Numbered from the stretch's first letter, positions 40,501 to 51,489 are shown. The stretch: 64,000 bases of DNA from Phoronis australis (GCA_002633005.1 NMRA01000207.1:201484-265483); one strand, 5' to 3'. A program made the numbers and translations. The notes: generated by a model not told the origin, from the letters alone.

Positions 40501-43500
40501 ATAAAATGTGCGAGACAAATGGCCGTTCTTAATGGAAGGTTAGGTTTGGACGTCACAGAGCCGTCTCTGGAAAATAACGTGAATTGACTAGCCTGCTTAA
40601 GTGTTACGCATTTACTACGATCTAATGCTAGCGCATAACACGTCGCAGAGAGAACGTGATGACGATACCTAGTGGAATTAAAACTTTAAGTAAAAGACAA
40701 TTATTGTGATGTGAGGAACAATCGGTGTCTTTGTTGGGAGACAAGCCAGCCTTCGTTGCTAACTTACTCGACGTAACTGGAATAACCACCCATGAACCGT
40801 CTAGTCTCTGCAGTGCTAGCTACTTATTTCCATGGCGATCCTTCCAAAAATAAGTATATAAATGCAACATAAAAATGATATAGTATAAGATGAGATAACG
40901 TGAGTGAGACAATTACTTAGAGTTGAGAATAAGAACTCTGCAAGAAAGTGAGAAGCCCTATTCGCCCTCTACAGGCAGTCGAACGAATACACTTACAACA
41001 CCAACGGTACTAATATATTTTGATTTTGACACTCAAATACGCCAATGTTCGTGTTCTTTACAGAATTCGAGCGCTTGCTGTCGGCGTTGAAGATCGGTAG
41101 CACATCCAGTAAGGTGGAGACAGTCAAGGACGAACACGAAGGCCATAACCATAAGAGGAGCGTCAGGATGAAAAGGGAAGCGGGACATGAAGAGGAGTTT
41201 AAAGACGTCAGCAAGGTGCAACATTTCAGAACTAATATGTGTAAAGTGGATAAGCACATTTACCATTTCTGGACTCCCTGATTTAACAAATCGTCAAAGT
41301 AACGAATCGGTATTTCAAAAGCTATCGAATATAGAGATTTATTTTTGCTCATGTTTGCTTTCACTAAATTCCAGAATTGTTCATATTACTTATCGCACTC
41401 TGTTCATTTCCTCGGTATAGTGTTCTTAGACCATTTACTAACTAAAAGCTGGTCTCAGATTTCTCCCTTTTGCCTGCATACTCGCGCGAGAAGTGGTATG
41501 GCCGGGCTTGGAAAAGGAGTGGTCAGTGTACTAATGCTTAATATGCTCAACTTAGAAAATGACCCGCCGTGATAAACTAGGGCAGAATTCAGTAGATGTC
41601 TCGCGGCGAGAAAAATCTAACCAGAATCATCACGTGTTCTCATTCAAAATACACGGCAATATCTCGCGTAATCTCGCAAAGTTTTGGTTTTCTAGGGAGG
41701 TCCTACTAGCGTTATTAAACTTTAACCTTCTTGCTGAGCTTGGCCCCAAGCAATACCAGTTATTTCCGAGCCCAGAAATCAAACACGTGTTTGAATAAGG
41801 AACACGTTGAGGCAAATTTTAAATATCTTAGGTGTGAAATCCCAGATATGTAACATTTTAAGTAAAGAATTTTAATCAGTAATCGTTAGAGATTTTTTCA
41901 GTGTTTCAGCGGTGATGACTTGATGACCACGTATGGCATCGACAAATCCGTGGGCGTGACCTATCCACAGCTTCAAGTTATGGCTCCTACACTTCTACAA
42001 CAGCAGATAGGAAACTACTGCGTGGCATCGGCGACCAATCAGACAGCGTCGTGTGGAAAACTGTCTTTAGGCGAAAGTGAGTTACTTTTCACTGCAATTT
42101 GTGGACTTCCAAATGAGCCACTGAGCACAACATTCGACTATTTTTCACCCTTCTCCCATTTGCCTGCAGCTCTCGTAACTCTCCCCGTGTCACGAGCGGA
42201 ATCTTCCGTTAGCTCTTCCTTAGCTATTCACAAATATTCTTAACTTAAAACCATCACAGACAAAGAGCTTTGAGCTCATCTGTCTGACTCAAGTGAACAA
42301 TAGCTGACTCAGGTGATTAGAGCAATGCACGCGCTAGTTAAGTCATTTATTGACATATTTTCGCGCCATAGCGTGAGCTTTCAACACATTTATCGTTCAC
42401 AGATGAACTCGTATCTCCCCGTCTGCGACAGGCCTTATTAAAAAGTTTGCTTTAGTCCCGAGTTTTCTTGAAACAGATATCGGTTTAACCATCTTTGGGA
42501 ATTGAAACGGAGACTCGACTTTCCCTCCTCAGGACTACGCACTTTTCACACGTTGCCTATTAAGAAGAAGGTTGTTAAATAAAACAGTGCGCGACTTAGT
42601 TAAGCATTTTCATTTTCTGGGTCATTCTTCGTTGGTACTGTGGAGGATATGTTGTCTCGCACGCAGTCTCCGTTGGCATTCCGATATTCAATCAATTCAT
42701 TTCAGGACTCGAAATCGAGGCCACTTAGTCAGACTTCGAAAAATCTGACGTAATGGCCTCATTTTCAAGTTGTTCACCAGACTCTAATGCTAACAGGAAC
42801 TGGATGAGAGACAAGAAGTCAACCGTTTGCGTCTTTAATTTTTCAGTATGTGGCTATGGCATTCTCGCCGTGTTCATCATCAGTGCGTTTTCTTTCATTG
42901 GCCTTGTCCTAATCCCGTGTATATCTTCGTCGATTTTCGAGAGCTTAATGATAACTTTCATTGCGCTTGCTGTTGGCACGATGTCCGGTGACGCCCTGTT
43001 ACATCTCATGCCCCAGGTAAGGTCGTTTAATTTGTTTCGACTCACCATCTATCAAACGGATAACAGAGCAGATAAACACTGTTACGTGAAAAAATTCTCA
43101 TCAAGTCTCCAAATTTTATGTCAGATTCTTAAGATATTCGCTTTGACCCATAGCAAAGTGAAAATAGATTAAAGGCGACCTTTCATTTACGTATGGAAAT
43201 TTTCAAATGTTTATTGACCAAACGTGAAAACAGAAACCGAAGCTTTCTTACGCACACACGTTAAGAACGTTTACTCATCCTTAATCACAATATCTTTCTT
43301 TTTTAATTACCATAAACATGTTTAACCTATCCCTCCACGCCTGACTGCCAACAACTGTCTTTTCTTTTTGAACATGTATCTACAGAATGACCTCCGGACT
43401 TTTTCAATTTCTTTTCAAATTGACGTCTCATCGATAAACCGCAACGTTTGAGGTGTAAATATTGCAACAAGCATACTCTTTGTAAATATCAAAATCCTTC

Positions 43501-46260
43501 AGTGACATCTATGAGGAGTTAAGGGATTTATATCCCTCTCTGGCGTCACCAGACGATCAAAAACGCACCGTTTGCTACTAAACCAGGGAGAGCAGCCCCC
43601 CACCGACGACGAAATCATAGATCCGCCACATATCATTTTTGAGATACTGTACGAAAAACTATTGTCATAAATATTCAAATTCAATTGAAATGATTACGAA
43701 TTGAAAGTCGGTTCAACAAGAATTACAAAATATTTTGTTTTTACAGGCACTAGGTCTGCACGTGCACGAGAGTGGGCCCTCCTGTAACAGGACAGTTGCA
43801 TCGTCGCTCAATATCCATGTTGAATCCTTTGTCTGGCTCCAGTTGTGTGTAATCGCAGGTGAGAAATAGATAAAATATGTGTGTTGCAGAGACTCACCGA
43901 AAGCCACAAACGCAAGTGATGAATCGAAACATGAAAGATTCTTATCAATATTACTTTCCAGTGTTACTGCCACAGTCGATCATGGGGTAGAAGTTCGGAA
44001 TTTGTGATGACGACGGGGAGAAGGTCGAAAATGGTGGCGACCAAGGGTGGGGGGGACTAAGACAAAGCGGTGGCGACAGGGAGGGTGTAGAGTTCATCAA
44101 AGTCGATTTTTTTCACAGTGTCCCAGTTAATTTTACCTTTTCACAGGCGTGCTGTGTGATGACCCGGTAGTTTCACAGAAAGCAAACAATCAAGATATGT
44201 AGACAAATAATAAGGAATGGCGTTATTCTATTGGCTGAATGACTTGACGACAATCCTCAGTAGAATCCATGAAAGAAGTAACTTCTAAAATCGAGTTCGT
44301 TATAATTATCTCATTGATGACGACTTTGACTACTGTGCCGCCTACTAGTGAAAGTTTTGTTTTGTTTTGCGCCCATAGCTGTATCTTCCTAAACCCACTG
44401 CAGGATCTTTATTAAATTTAGTAAGTGTATTTATATGAAGCTAACAACAGACAATGACAACTTTCAGGCGGATCCAATGAACTCTGTGGCCCCTAGTGGC
44501 AATTTCATTTTATTCTGTTTTCCTTTGTTTCTCTGAAGTTCCGTGACTGAATCTATGAAATTCGGTGTAGCTTTCTATTAAACAAGCAATGGCATGTTCC
44601 CGTTTCCGGATGGATTGCACGTTTTTGCGCCATCTAGTGGCCATTTTATGATACAAATAAATAACCTAAAAAGCACGACATTTACGATGTATTCGTAGGC
44701 GCATTTCAACGCTCTGTGTTGCTCTTGTTTATACAAATTTGCTATTAATAGGATCACATGACAATGCCCTTTTTAGTAAAATTCAGAGAAAAAGAAAGGT
44801 ACATTCATAGCAAACTAACAGTATAAATAACATGATTGACTAATTTTTGTTTAACGTAACTGTGCAAGATGAACTCTCAAAAACGCTGTCAAAGTTTTCT
44901 GAATTATCCTTTCGTTTTTGATTTACACCACTTCTAATTTATTCATAAAAACGATAAAAGTCCCTGGTGCGAAGGCGGAACTTTTTAAAAATTAATTCCT
45001 AACACATATTCGACAACATTGCATGAAGTATGGTTTCTGAAAGTTTCATATGAGTCAGACGACCAGCCATTTTTGAGATATGACGTTCCCAAGTCGGCCA
45101 CATTTGGACGTTTTTGGAGGGTCCTATATACGTATACGTAACACTGTGACAAATTGCGCATGTGGTTGGTTTTTATGTGTACATGTACATCAAGAGTGTA
45201 CGGGGTGTTGCATGTTTTGAATTTACTTATGAGAATTTTCCATAAATGACACACGTTGCTTTTTCAGCCCTTTACGTGTTTTTTGTGATCGAGACTGCAG
45301 TGGCATTGTTTCGCAGTGGAAAAGTCGATGATCATTCTGGCCACGGGCATTCTCACATTCCCGACGCTGTCATGCTTGAAAATGTTTCGAACGCTGCCAA
45401 CGGCGAGGCCAAGTCGATGAAGAGTGTTGACACTACGAAGTCTACTGCAGATCTTACGAAGGTAATTGAGAGTCTGTTTAAGGAAATGAGATTTAAGACT
45501 TAAGTCAGAAATTTGGACTCTCGCATCCACTTAAAAAATTATCTGAGCTATTGGATGATGTGGATGTATTTTCAGAGATCATGGACTTTCGCTTTGGTGA
45601 GATAAAATTCTTCCTTGGAAATACTTGCGTGGAGGCAAGACAAAATTCTGACTTGAGTCCTAAAATTCACTATTTATGAAACGGTTATAGTAGTGAACCA
45701 TTCTTAACGATTTTTTACGGATGGACACAAACGTTTAGTGTGGCGTATCGCAGAGCAGGATTTTTCGAGGCGGAATCATACGTGCGTGTCCCCTTAGACT
45801 CTTGCTGTCACTATCTAGTGCAACGTATATCCCGGACAAGCATTTACCCGTTTCAGCGTTAAGCTAAAATCCGTAGATGCAAGGAACTCGCGATGAAAGT
45901 TACAAACTTTTGTGACCTTGCGTTTTTTCGGGTTTCTTGCGTCTGCGGAACGCTGACTTGGTTGGTGTGATACGCGTCCTGTATATTGTTCTTTTCTTTA
46001 CTGGTGTTTAACCACCCGTAAAGGGTAAAAAAGGATACGCCTTTCCGCTTATTCTAGAGGATTGACCGATAATGGTTTATGGCCAAAATAATTAGCATTA
46101 GAAAACTGAGAACGATTACTGTTCACCTATTGAATTTACGTACGCACAATTTTCTACGTTTCGATAGTAAATCAGTCCATTAAGGAAATAGAAAACCCAA
46201 GAGCAACTGAAAAGAGCCTGACATCAGTAGCATCAGTTAACACACAAATATGTGTGTGTG

Positions 46261-46304
<44 letters not shown>

Positions 46305-49300
46305 TGTGTAAATGCAATATGTCATCAGCGAGCGTTCTCAGAAATGACCAATTTTCTTCTAGATGATACAGAATTAGCTAAACAGGATCTCTTACATTCT
46401 AACAAATGTAGACAAAACTAAAAACTTGTTACTTTTTCAGTCCGATGTGACCAGCATCACTCGTGATCGAGCTGACGAACCAACGAGGGTTATTTCATCT
46501 GAAAACAAGGTTAAAGGTTAGTTTCCAAATTGAGTGAAGGGGAGGTAGGCCTATGTGTACATCCAGAACAGCTGACGTTAAAGCATAACCGTGGTGTACC
46601 TTAACGTGATCTTACCTGCCTGTGCTAACAAAATGGCGGTCATTGAAGTGATCGGTCGGCGAAGCTGGAATGAGAACTTATGGGATACCGTTCTCTTTCC
46701 CTTCCACGAAGATTTGTTGCCGCACGTTCCACGCTAGTGTCTTTGCATTTATGCAACACGCCCTGGTTATCAGGCCAAAAATGTAATTCTAGTCTTCTGG
46801 AAAACATAATGTCATTTTTCTCTCAGAGTTGTGTTGCAACCATCTGTCACCCATGGATATTCTGTAGTCTATGGTCACACAGTTCCCCGTAAAATGGCGA
46901 CGTGCTCTGACTTTCTTTATGGTCATCATTACAAATGTGCCTATTTCATGAAAAAATCGACATGAGCCTTTTAAAGTCAGAAATTTAGTTTTACACTCCC
47001 TCTTCGTTATTAAAGACGTTGTTTCAACTCATTTTTAGCGCATCACAGTGAAGCCGTTATGTAGGACCGTAGAAAACTGTCCAAATTTTACGTCGGAACA
47101 TCATATATCAGAAGTGGCTGATCGGATGATATGATGATTTCAGATATCATGCTTTGTTCACTGTTCTCCAAAACGCTGTCAAGAATTGTGTTTAAAATGT
47201 TACAGTTTTGCATGAGGGGCTATCTAATAAGGACTTAAGGTTTTTATGAAAAACCCATGAGTTGCATAAAACGAAAACGAAATGATAATTTAGAAAACTG
47301 TAACTACCTTTTTGAGATTTCATCATGAACATTTATGTCAAATTAATTTTGGTCATGCAATTGATACCTTTGTTTTGTAAGGATGTATTTTTCGGTTTTG
47401 GTAAATTTTATTAAAAATCTATAGCTTTGCAGATAGTTGGTTAAGTACATAAACTATCCAATAAGTTCCTCCAGAACCTTAAGCTATAATCATGCGCGCG
47501 CACCCAGCCTTGAAAATGGGGGGGTCGAATTTCTGTCGATGTGGACCTTTTGCTGACAAAAAATCGGGAGGACTAAAAAAACGGGTATCACCTTCAGAAC
47601 TGTGAACTGTGTGTGTGCGTCTTTTTAGTGGACTTTTATCTCGTTTTCTCGAACTATTTGTTTCTCTGAGGCGGACCTCTTTGCCCACTTCACCAAATGG
47701 GGGGGGGGCTCATTTTAGCCTCCGAGCCCCCCCGGGTGCGATAATTTATGCGACTTGTCTGAATAGTTCGCTAGTTTAATTCCCAGACATGGAATCTCAG
47801 TCATGTGGGTAATTGTTTCCAGGGTTACCATTGCTGGCCTTGATGATTGTTCTTGGTGATGGTATCCACAACTTTGCCGACGGCATGGCTATCGGAGCTG
47901 CGTTCACCCAAGGCGCACGATCAGGCATCTCGACGAGCATCGCCGTGTTCTGCCACGAGGTCCCTCACGAATTCGGTGGGTAATTGCTTCTAGGAATTCC
48001 TATTTGCCAGTGATGATTTATGCATTCAAGTTGCTTAATTATGAAATTGAGTCTCGCACAAACCAGCAGACCCGCTTCATACTTGTAGAATCATGTGGAT
48101 CCAAATTGTAGAATTGAGACCACCGCAGGGTACTATGCGAAGTAATGATGGAACTTGCGGCGCTCGGAAAATTACGGGGCTTAAATTACCACTGACAATT
48201 TTTGTACAGTTTACCTCCCGTTTGACGTTACAATGATCATTTTAAGTGAGCTGCATTTTTGTTGTACTGAAATTCAGCTGAACGTATATCTTGCGGACTG
48301 AAATCAAACCGATGTCACAGTTTAAGTTAGGTTAAATACGCAAAACACGGCATTATGTCCTGTTCTGTCGAGGAGGAACATGACAACGCCGGTGCATCAA
48401 AACTGAGGTATTCAGCAGCAGCAGCGACGCCGGTAGCAGCAGCAGCAGCAGCAGCTGTTGCTACAGCAGAAAGAATAATGTACTGAAATGTCTTAACTTT
48501 GCGATGGAGTCTTTACTCCAAAACTGGTCACGAGTTTCCGTTTAAGCTTTGCGCATTTCAGTGAGGTACGGGGCCCGACAATATTTCCATCCAGCTCTCA
48601 GAAACAAAATGATGCTCCTTACAAAGTCTGTTATACCGTCAAGTCACGTGAGATACGCTAAAGGATAATTACACGACAACTGTGAGAAAAAGTCACCCAT
48701 AAAAGAACCATAACATCCATTCTGTGACACAGCGGTTAAGTGTTGAACCACGCTTTTAACACTCAAATGAGACGCCAATGAGGCATCAGGGGAAGGATCG
48801 CGTATGCCGTTGTACACTTTTCGAATTCCGATATCAACATCGAGGCTAGCTTCACAAAGCTGCGGTTGGTGAAATTAGTAATACTTGAATAGAGTTTCAA
48901 ATCTCAGCTATTGTCTAAAATAGAAAAAAAAAAATCTTTTGGCTTCATGACATGGTCATGAGAATGATTGGTGAGTAAAATTCAACTTCGACGTGACAGC
49001 ATCGCCACCTTTGGGTGAAATCAGTAACACAGCTAGCGTGTCTTGATTTTCCAATGTTTTTGTCTTTCAGGTGACTTCGCTGCAATGGTGTCCACAGGTA
49101 TCGGCTACAAAAAAGCACTTCTCCTCAACTTCCTCTCATCTCTCACAGCTTTTGCAGGGCTGTTTCTCGGCGTATTCATATCCGTTAATGACACTGCAAG
49201 ACAGTGGATTTTTGCTGTCACTGCTGGGATGTTTCTCTACATTTCCCTGGCAAACATGGTAAGCAAGACATATTGTGACGACCGTGTAACTTCCTGTATA

Positions 49301-50601
49301 TTCTTTGGAAAGGTAGTGTAAAGAATATGCGCTCACAGCAATAGGAGAGTCAGTTGTATCAGTAAGAGATAACCAGGACCCTGGTTATCTTTTCCTGGTT
49401 TTATTTACCATACGTCTTTACTTTTCTAATTTACACAATTATTTCCTTACGAGCCGCATTTCTTTTCTCACCAACGGTAATTCAGTTCTCACAAACTCAT
49501 GTTTTGTATACTATACTTCCCTTCGTTTCCCACGCACAATGTGCTGCTCTCCCGAACAATGACTTCGTGACGTACTCCGCGGTCAGAGGGCGCTTTATTC
49601 GTGAACTCTATATACAGTCACTGTAATCACATGAACGCAAACTGACTTCCGCTTGAAACGTTAAAATTTGAGGTATTATGAACAAATGCATATTAATACT
49701 TAATCTTCGGCACCACTAGAACGAATATGACACAACTGAGAGTAACAAGTTCTATTTATGTCTTATTTCATTAACTCGAAAGATAAAGCATTTTGACTGT
49801 ACAATGTAAATGAATACTGTAGGTGATTTACCCGTGAAGGAACTGTGTTCGTGCAGTAAGAACTAAAATTTGGTTGGGGAGAAAAGAATTCGGTTGGGGA
49901 CAGTTACTCTGTCTATGAGAACACCCATAAGGGCCGTGGAGGGGGAAGAAGATTGACTTGTTCACTTTGATGAAGGCCTGTGTGGCTGTTTCATCACTAA
50001 ATATGACGTAATGCAACGGTTAATTTTGTTTGTCAACTACAGTTACTATTATTGCGCAACAAAACTGTCTACTTGTGTGTGACTTCTTACAATATTTGTG
50101 ATGTTATATCTGTCTTTAAGAATTTGGCCTAAATTTTCAACATGTTTTTTTTTTCTTTTTGTTTACTTTAATATGAAATCCTTGCGCGAGGCAGGGGCGT
50201 ATCCAGGATTTTGAGTTGGGGGGGGGGGGGGGGGNTTATTATTAAAAAAAAAAAAACGGTAAACAGGTTTATTCAAGGCCTTTGCATAGTGCATTCGCCA
50301 CCGAGCCCCCCTGGGTGCGCGCATATGCTAGCCAGGAATTCGCACCCCCACCTGCCAAATGATATGTGGGAGAATTTTAGGGGGGGGCATGGCCCCCTTG
50401 GCCCCACCCCCCTAAATCCGCCACTGCGACGTGGAACTACAATGACGTGATTCGTTTTCTTTTCAGCTGCCAGAGCTCGTTAAGCTGTTTGGTAAGACCA
50501 GGTCAAAGAGGAAGACATTCATATTCCAGCACGTGGGCATCCTGATTGGTTATATTATCATGCTGCTGATTGCCGTGTTTGAAGAGCATATTGTAGTCTA
50601 G
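22651..50601 (+). CDS. SLC39A12: LIV-1 family zinc transporter, ZIP12/ZIP4-like; 13 coding exons, 692 aa
   Basis: Hand-spliced join(22651-22836,35486-35800,38421-38529,39815-39928,41064-41215,41902-42076,42847-43016,43747-43858,45268-45461,46441-46516,47823-47975,49071-49258,50467-50601) = 2079 nt, open frame, all GT-AG with matching phases. Shows signal peptide, His-rich ectodomain, PAL-like [31 protein letters not shown] loop, TM4 [10 protein letters not shown] and TM5 [11 protein letters not shown] (HEXPHE). The long ectodomain fits the ZIP4/ZIP12 clade; the symbol is tentative between the two. Confidence 0.92.
23528..25536 (+). mobile_element. 5'-truncated non-LTR retrotransposon (RT plus C-terminal Cys/His motif; RTE-X-like, clade tentative) in ZIP intron 1
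   Basis: Decayed RT motifs [35 protein letters not shown] and [22 protein letters not shown]; AATAAA plus (ATT)n tail; 13-bp TSD ATTTACTGCCGGA at 23515-23527 and 25537-25549. Confidence 0.92.
24965..25195. repeat. 40-bp minisatellite, about 5.8 copies, inside the LINE
   Basis: Unit TATAGAGAAAGGGAGAYATATGGGTATTCCTTACATGTAA starting at 24965, 25005, 25045, 25085, 25125 and 25165 (partial). Confidence 0.97.
26230..26390 (+). repeat. Dispersed repeat shared with 47230-47385
   Basis: Co-linear GCATAAAACGA, TAGAAAACTG, TTTTTGAGATTTCATC, TTTGGTCATG and ATTGATAC in both places. Confidence 0.7.
29291..29415. mobile_element. MITE family A copy 2
   Basis: TTCAGTAACGCTAGGACCT...AGGTCCTAGCAGTACTGAA. 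Confidence 0.7.
31640..32215 (+). mobile_element. 3' end of a CR1/L2-type LINE
   Basis: [29 protein letters not shown]; (TG)n tract; AATAAA plus (GATTT)n tail. Confidence 0.7.
32398..33930 (-). mobile_element. Decayed DNA transposon, Academ-like
   Basis: Frameshifted PP.RD...[10 protein letters not shown] followed by Cys-rich RCKCKKNMC...[16 protein letters not shown]; TAG-starting terminus TAGTCGGTGGGCCAGA at 32398; other end not located. Confidence 0.55.
33950..34082. mobile_element. MITE family A copy 3
   Basis: GGGTCGAGTTCA...TGAACTCGATCCC with shared AAATCTAGCCAAAT core. Confidence 0.65.
34420..34568. mobile_element. MITE family A copy 4
   Basis: CGTTCAGTAATGCTAGGACCT...AGGTCCTAGCGTTACTGAACG. 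Confidence 0.75.
35486..35800 (+). CDS. SLC39A12: ZIP coding exon 2
   Basis: tttcag|CLQNVS...[19 protein letters not shown]|gtaagt; phase 0/0. Confidence 0.88.
37765..38302. mobile_element. Non-autonomous DNA transposon with TTAA TSD (Kolobok-like)
   Basis: TTAA|AGAGGCCTGGAACCCGATAGC ... GCTTTCGCGTTCCATGGCTCT|TTAA, imperfect 21-bp TIRs. Confidence 0.75.
38421..38529 (+). CDS. SLC39A12: ZIP coding exon 3
   Basis: ttgcag|[36 protein letters not shown]|gtatat; phase 0/1; absent from the ORF track. Confidence 0.85.
39815..39928 (+). CDS. SLC39A12: ZIP coding exon 4
   Basis: ttccag|[38 protein letters not shown]|gtgagt; phase 1/1. Confidence 0.85.
41064..41215 (+). CDS. SLC39A12: ZIP coding exon 5
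   Basis: ttacag|[12 protein letters not shown]...[27 protein letters not shown]|gtgcaa; phase 1/0. Confidence 0.87.
41580..41729. mobile_element. MITE family A copy 5
   Basis: Shared core CACGTGTTCTCA.TCAAAATACACGGCAATATCTCGCGTAATCTCGC and 3' AGGTCCTACTAGCGTTATT. Confidence 0.7.
41902..42076 (+). CDS. SLC39A12: ZIP coding exon 6 (cysteine-flanked PAL domain)
   Basis: tttcag|[13 protein letters not shown]...[14 protein letters not shown]...LSLGE|gtgagt; phase 0/1. Confidence 0.9.
42847..43016 (+). CDS. SLC39A12: ZIP coding exon 7 (TM1-TM2)
   Basis: tttcag|[18 protein letters not shown]...[18 protein letters not shown]|gtaagg; phase 1/0. Confidence 0.95.
43747..43858 (+). CDS. SLC39A12: ZIP coding exon 8
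   Basis: ttacag|[10 protein letters not shown]...[10 protein letters not shown]|gtgaga; phase 0/1. Confidence 0.9.
44320..44735 (+). mobile_element. Fragment of the same HINE-like family in ZIP intron 8
   Basis: Shares CCCCTAGTGGCAATTTCATTTT and TTTTGCGCCATCTAGTGGCCATTT with 52037-53250; 3' GCATTTCAACGCT also occurs at about 35168. Confidence 0.65.
45268..45461 (+). CDS. SLC39A12: ZIP coding exon 9 (end of TM3, His-rich loop)
   Basis: tttcag|ALYVFFVIE...DHSGHGHSH...ADLTK|gtaatt; phase 1/0. Confidence 0.92.
46251..46308. repeat. (TG)n(TGCG)n microsatellite
   Basis: Direct reading. Confidence 0.95.
46441..46516 (+). CDS. SLC39A12: ZIP coding exon 10 (cytosolic loop)
   Basis: tttcag|[25 protein letters not shown]|gttagt; needed to bridge phase 0 to phase 1. 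Confidence 0.8.
47823..47975 (+). CDS. SLC39A12: ZIP coding exon 11 (TM4-TM5 metal site)
   Basis: ttccag|[28 protein letters not shown]...[11 protein letters not shown]|gtgggt; phase 1/1. Confidence 0.96.
48413..48470. repeat. Imperfect intronic (CAG)n microsatellite
   Basis: Direct reading. Confidence 0.85.
49071..49258 (+). CDS. SLC39A12: ZIP coding exon 12 (TM5-TM7)
   Basis: tttcag|[23 protein letters not shown]...[18 protein letters not shown]|gtaagc; phase 1/0. Confidence 0.96.
50192..50426. mobile_element. GC-rich MITE (CAGGGGCG...CGCCACTG ends), hAT-like
   Basis: CAGGGGCGTATCCAGG ... CCCCTAAATCCGCCACTG; related ends at about 19918 and 20970; no clear TSD. Confidence 0.6.
50467..50601 (+). 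CDS. SLC39A12: ZIP coding exon 13 (TM8, stop)
   Basis: tttcag|LPELVKL...[25 protein letters not shown] (typical LIV-1 C-terminus). Confidence 0.94.
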   Translation: MPELVKLFGKTRSKRKTFIFQHVGILIGYIIMLLIAVFEEHIVV

Positions 50602-51483
50602 GTGCAAGTTCTTGTGATATTTATTTAAAGCTTGTGGTGACTACAGTGTTAGTTTGATTTTACTTCTACCAAGATATTTCTATTGTAAACATCAAGTTCT
50701 TTGCTGAATAGTTTTGAGGATGCTCACGGAGCTATTTATTTGGAGAACTTAGATATCCCAGACCCATTTTTCGCTCAAAAATTGATAAAATGAGTAGTAG
50801 TGAAATGTGGCGAAATTTTTCACAGGGGTTGAAAATAGTTCGTTTTGAAACCTTTATTTTAATTCAAATTTATTTCTAAACTGATTGGGATCATGTCTAT
50901 GGTTAAAGAGACAAACAAGAGTAATAATAATGACAACAGTAACAACAACAATAACAGTCTCAAAGCTATTTCCAGATATTTTAATTTTTCCATTTTAAAA
51001 CATTTGTGATTGTGTGGTTGCGCTGAATGCGTGGTTTGTACGTTTTATCTTGAAAAGTTTCCAAATTGTGGATCTAATCATCATTCATGGTTGTTTTGTG
51101 AAAGCTTGGAAACATTATATTTTAATCACAGGGTGTATGCTTATTGTGAACTTGAATACGCAGATGTATAGACCTTTCTTCAACACACGCGATACTGTAA
51201 TTTATCTCACGAATCCAAGTTGAAGGTATTCTTGAAATAGCATTCCAGTTCAGGAGCAAAACTGTTTGCGTCTAGCAGAACTATCCGGCACCAAATGGAT
51301 GGCGCTGTAGTTTTAAATATTTAAAAATGAGTATTAGTCACATACGTGGGTCCTGCATTTTGAGAACCAGTTTTCTGCGCTGCATAAAGGGCATCAAACT
51401 GGTTCTCAAAACCTAGACCCCTGTAAGTGACTGTTGTCTAGTAACGTGTTAATCCTATCATGATTATTTTATTAAATTTTCCA

Positions 51484-51489
51484 AATAAA
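51484..51489 (+). promoter_or_regulatory. Candidate polyadenylation signal of the ZIP gene
   Basis: AATAAA about 880 nt after the stop, followed by T/GT-rich sequence. Confidence 0.45.

Noticed and set aside
46510-46515. Alternative donor AAG|gttaaa in ZIP exon 10
   Set aside because: Phase 0 does not match the phase-1 acceptor at 47823
48413-48470. PolyQ/polyA coding tract
   Set aside because: Lies inside ZIP intron 11; the flanking exons join without it
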